This document shows, one piece after another, positions 63,151 through 64,000 of a stretch of DNA of 64,000 nucleotides. Numbering within the stretch: position 1 is the first letter of the stretch; the number at the start of each line of letters is the position of its first letter. The stretch comes from Nemertoderma westbladi. Lineage: Eukaryota; Animalia; Xenacoelomorpha. The DNA is taken from NCBI GenBank assembly GCA_032718475.1, contig JAUCBJ010006078.1, forward strand, positions 9,566 to 73,565. Direction: 5' to 3'. Under the pieces are notes generated by a model. That model was not told the origin of the DNA, made no database searches, and saw nothing but the letters and a program-made list of their open reading frames with translations. A program made the translations under genes and the position numbers.

Positions 63151-63626
63151 CTATACTTACCACATAATTGGATTTTCTTTGCTGTCTATGAAGCTACTTC
63201 TCCTGCAGGCCATTTATCCTATTTAATACAGTAAAAATACAATATTCTGAATCATTTTGTTCATCACATACGTAGCTGGGCAACAATGCAATACCTCTTT
63301 AATTATACTATTACGTAGCTATTCATGCATAAACAAAATGTTCTAGAATATGATATTTTTACTAATAGAATAAAATAACCTCGCACAGATGCAAAACCAT
63401 GCAACTTTTGAACTATCAAATCTCAGAAATTTTTCAACAAATTCAGATTATGTTACATATTTTGAAACCTTGCATGGCCAGCTTTCAATCAGTACCAACA
63501 AATCACTATAATATTGAAGAATAACTGAAGTGTAACTGGTGAAAAATATAGCCGGAGACACCATTTTCAAACTTTGTAGTATTTATAATTGTATGTGTAT
63601 CGTATATGTAATCATTGTTTACCTTA

Positions 63627-64000
63627 GGCCCCCCTCACACGGAGCAACTTGTTTCTGCAACTTGTTTCTGAAACTTGTTGCTGGACCCCCTCACACACAG
63701 AAACAAGTTGCTGCAACTTGTTTCTGCAACTTGTTTCCGAAACTTGTTTCAGCAACTTGTTGCTGGACCCCCTCACACACAGAAACTTGTTGCTGAAGAA
63801 AATAACAATTATTTCCAAATAAATAGCTAACATGTCCAGTCATTTGTATATAATATCACATCACTCAAATTATCTAATATTAGCTAGTATCAAAATGGAA
63901 TGTAATAAAAGTTTTTCAAAAAGTTGCTGGGAATATAACTTCCAGCAACTTGTTGCTGGACCCCCTCACACACAGAAATAAGTTGCGGAAACAAGTTGCA
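63627..64000. mobile_element. Left end of a probable PIF/Harbinger-type MITE, running off the window
   Basis: TTA followed by GGCCCCCCTCACAC; arrays of gcaacttgtttct and ggaccccctcacac subterminal repeats. Confidence 0.55.

Overview
This is AT-rich animal (probably marine invertebrate) genomic DNA dominated by transposable elements. It contains spliceosomal introns and no prokaryotic features. (1) 0.4-7 kb: a decayed Academ (AcademX-type) DNA transposon, broken by a LINE 3' end, a 706-bp Penelope-like insert and a 5'-truncated Penelope-like element carrying a minimal hammerhead ribozyme. (2) 9.9-15.5 kb: three phase-1 exons of a host gene encoding FN2, Ca-binding EGF and a tectonin beta-propeller lectin domain. 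(3) 16.4-60.7 kb: a nested cluster of BEL/Pao LTR retrotransposons from two families. Element B2 spans 20094-57016 (TSD CTGGA) and hosts element A (21924-39467, TSD ACTAT), element B3 (49517-56924, TSD TTATT) and two LINE pieces. (4) Satellites, MITEs and a tRNA-derived SINE. Main discovery candidates: (a) none of the four BEL copies that retain a leader has a tRNA-type PBS. In three diverged family-B copies the 9-11 nt after the 5' LTR covary with a complementary segment at one homologous LTR position, flanked by U5 stems, which points to Tf1-like self-priming in BEL/Pao. (b) Element A carries 11 same-strand copies of a 20-nt hairpin (one with a compensatory change) and two intact accessory ORFs behind a strong splice acceptor, while its gag-pol is dead. 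It also has a tRNA-like Pol III module inside its LTR. All calls come from manual reading without database searches, so family assignments and novelty need confirmation.
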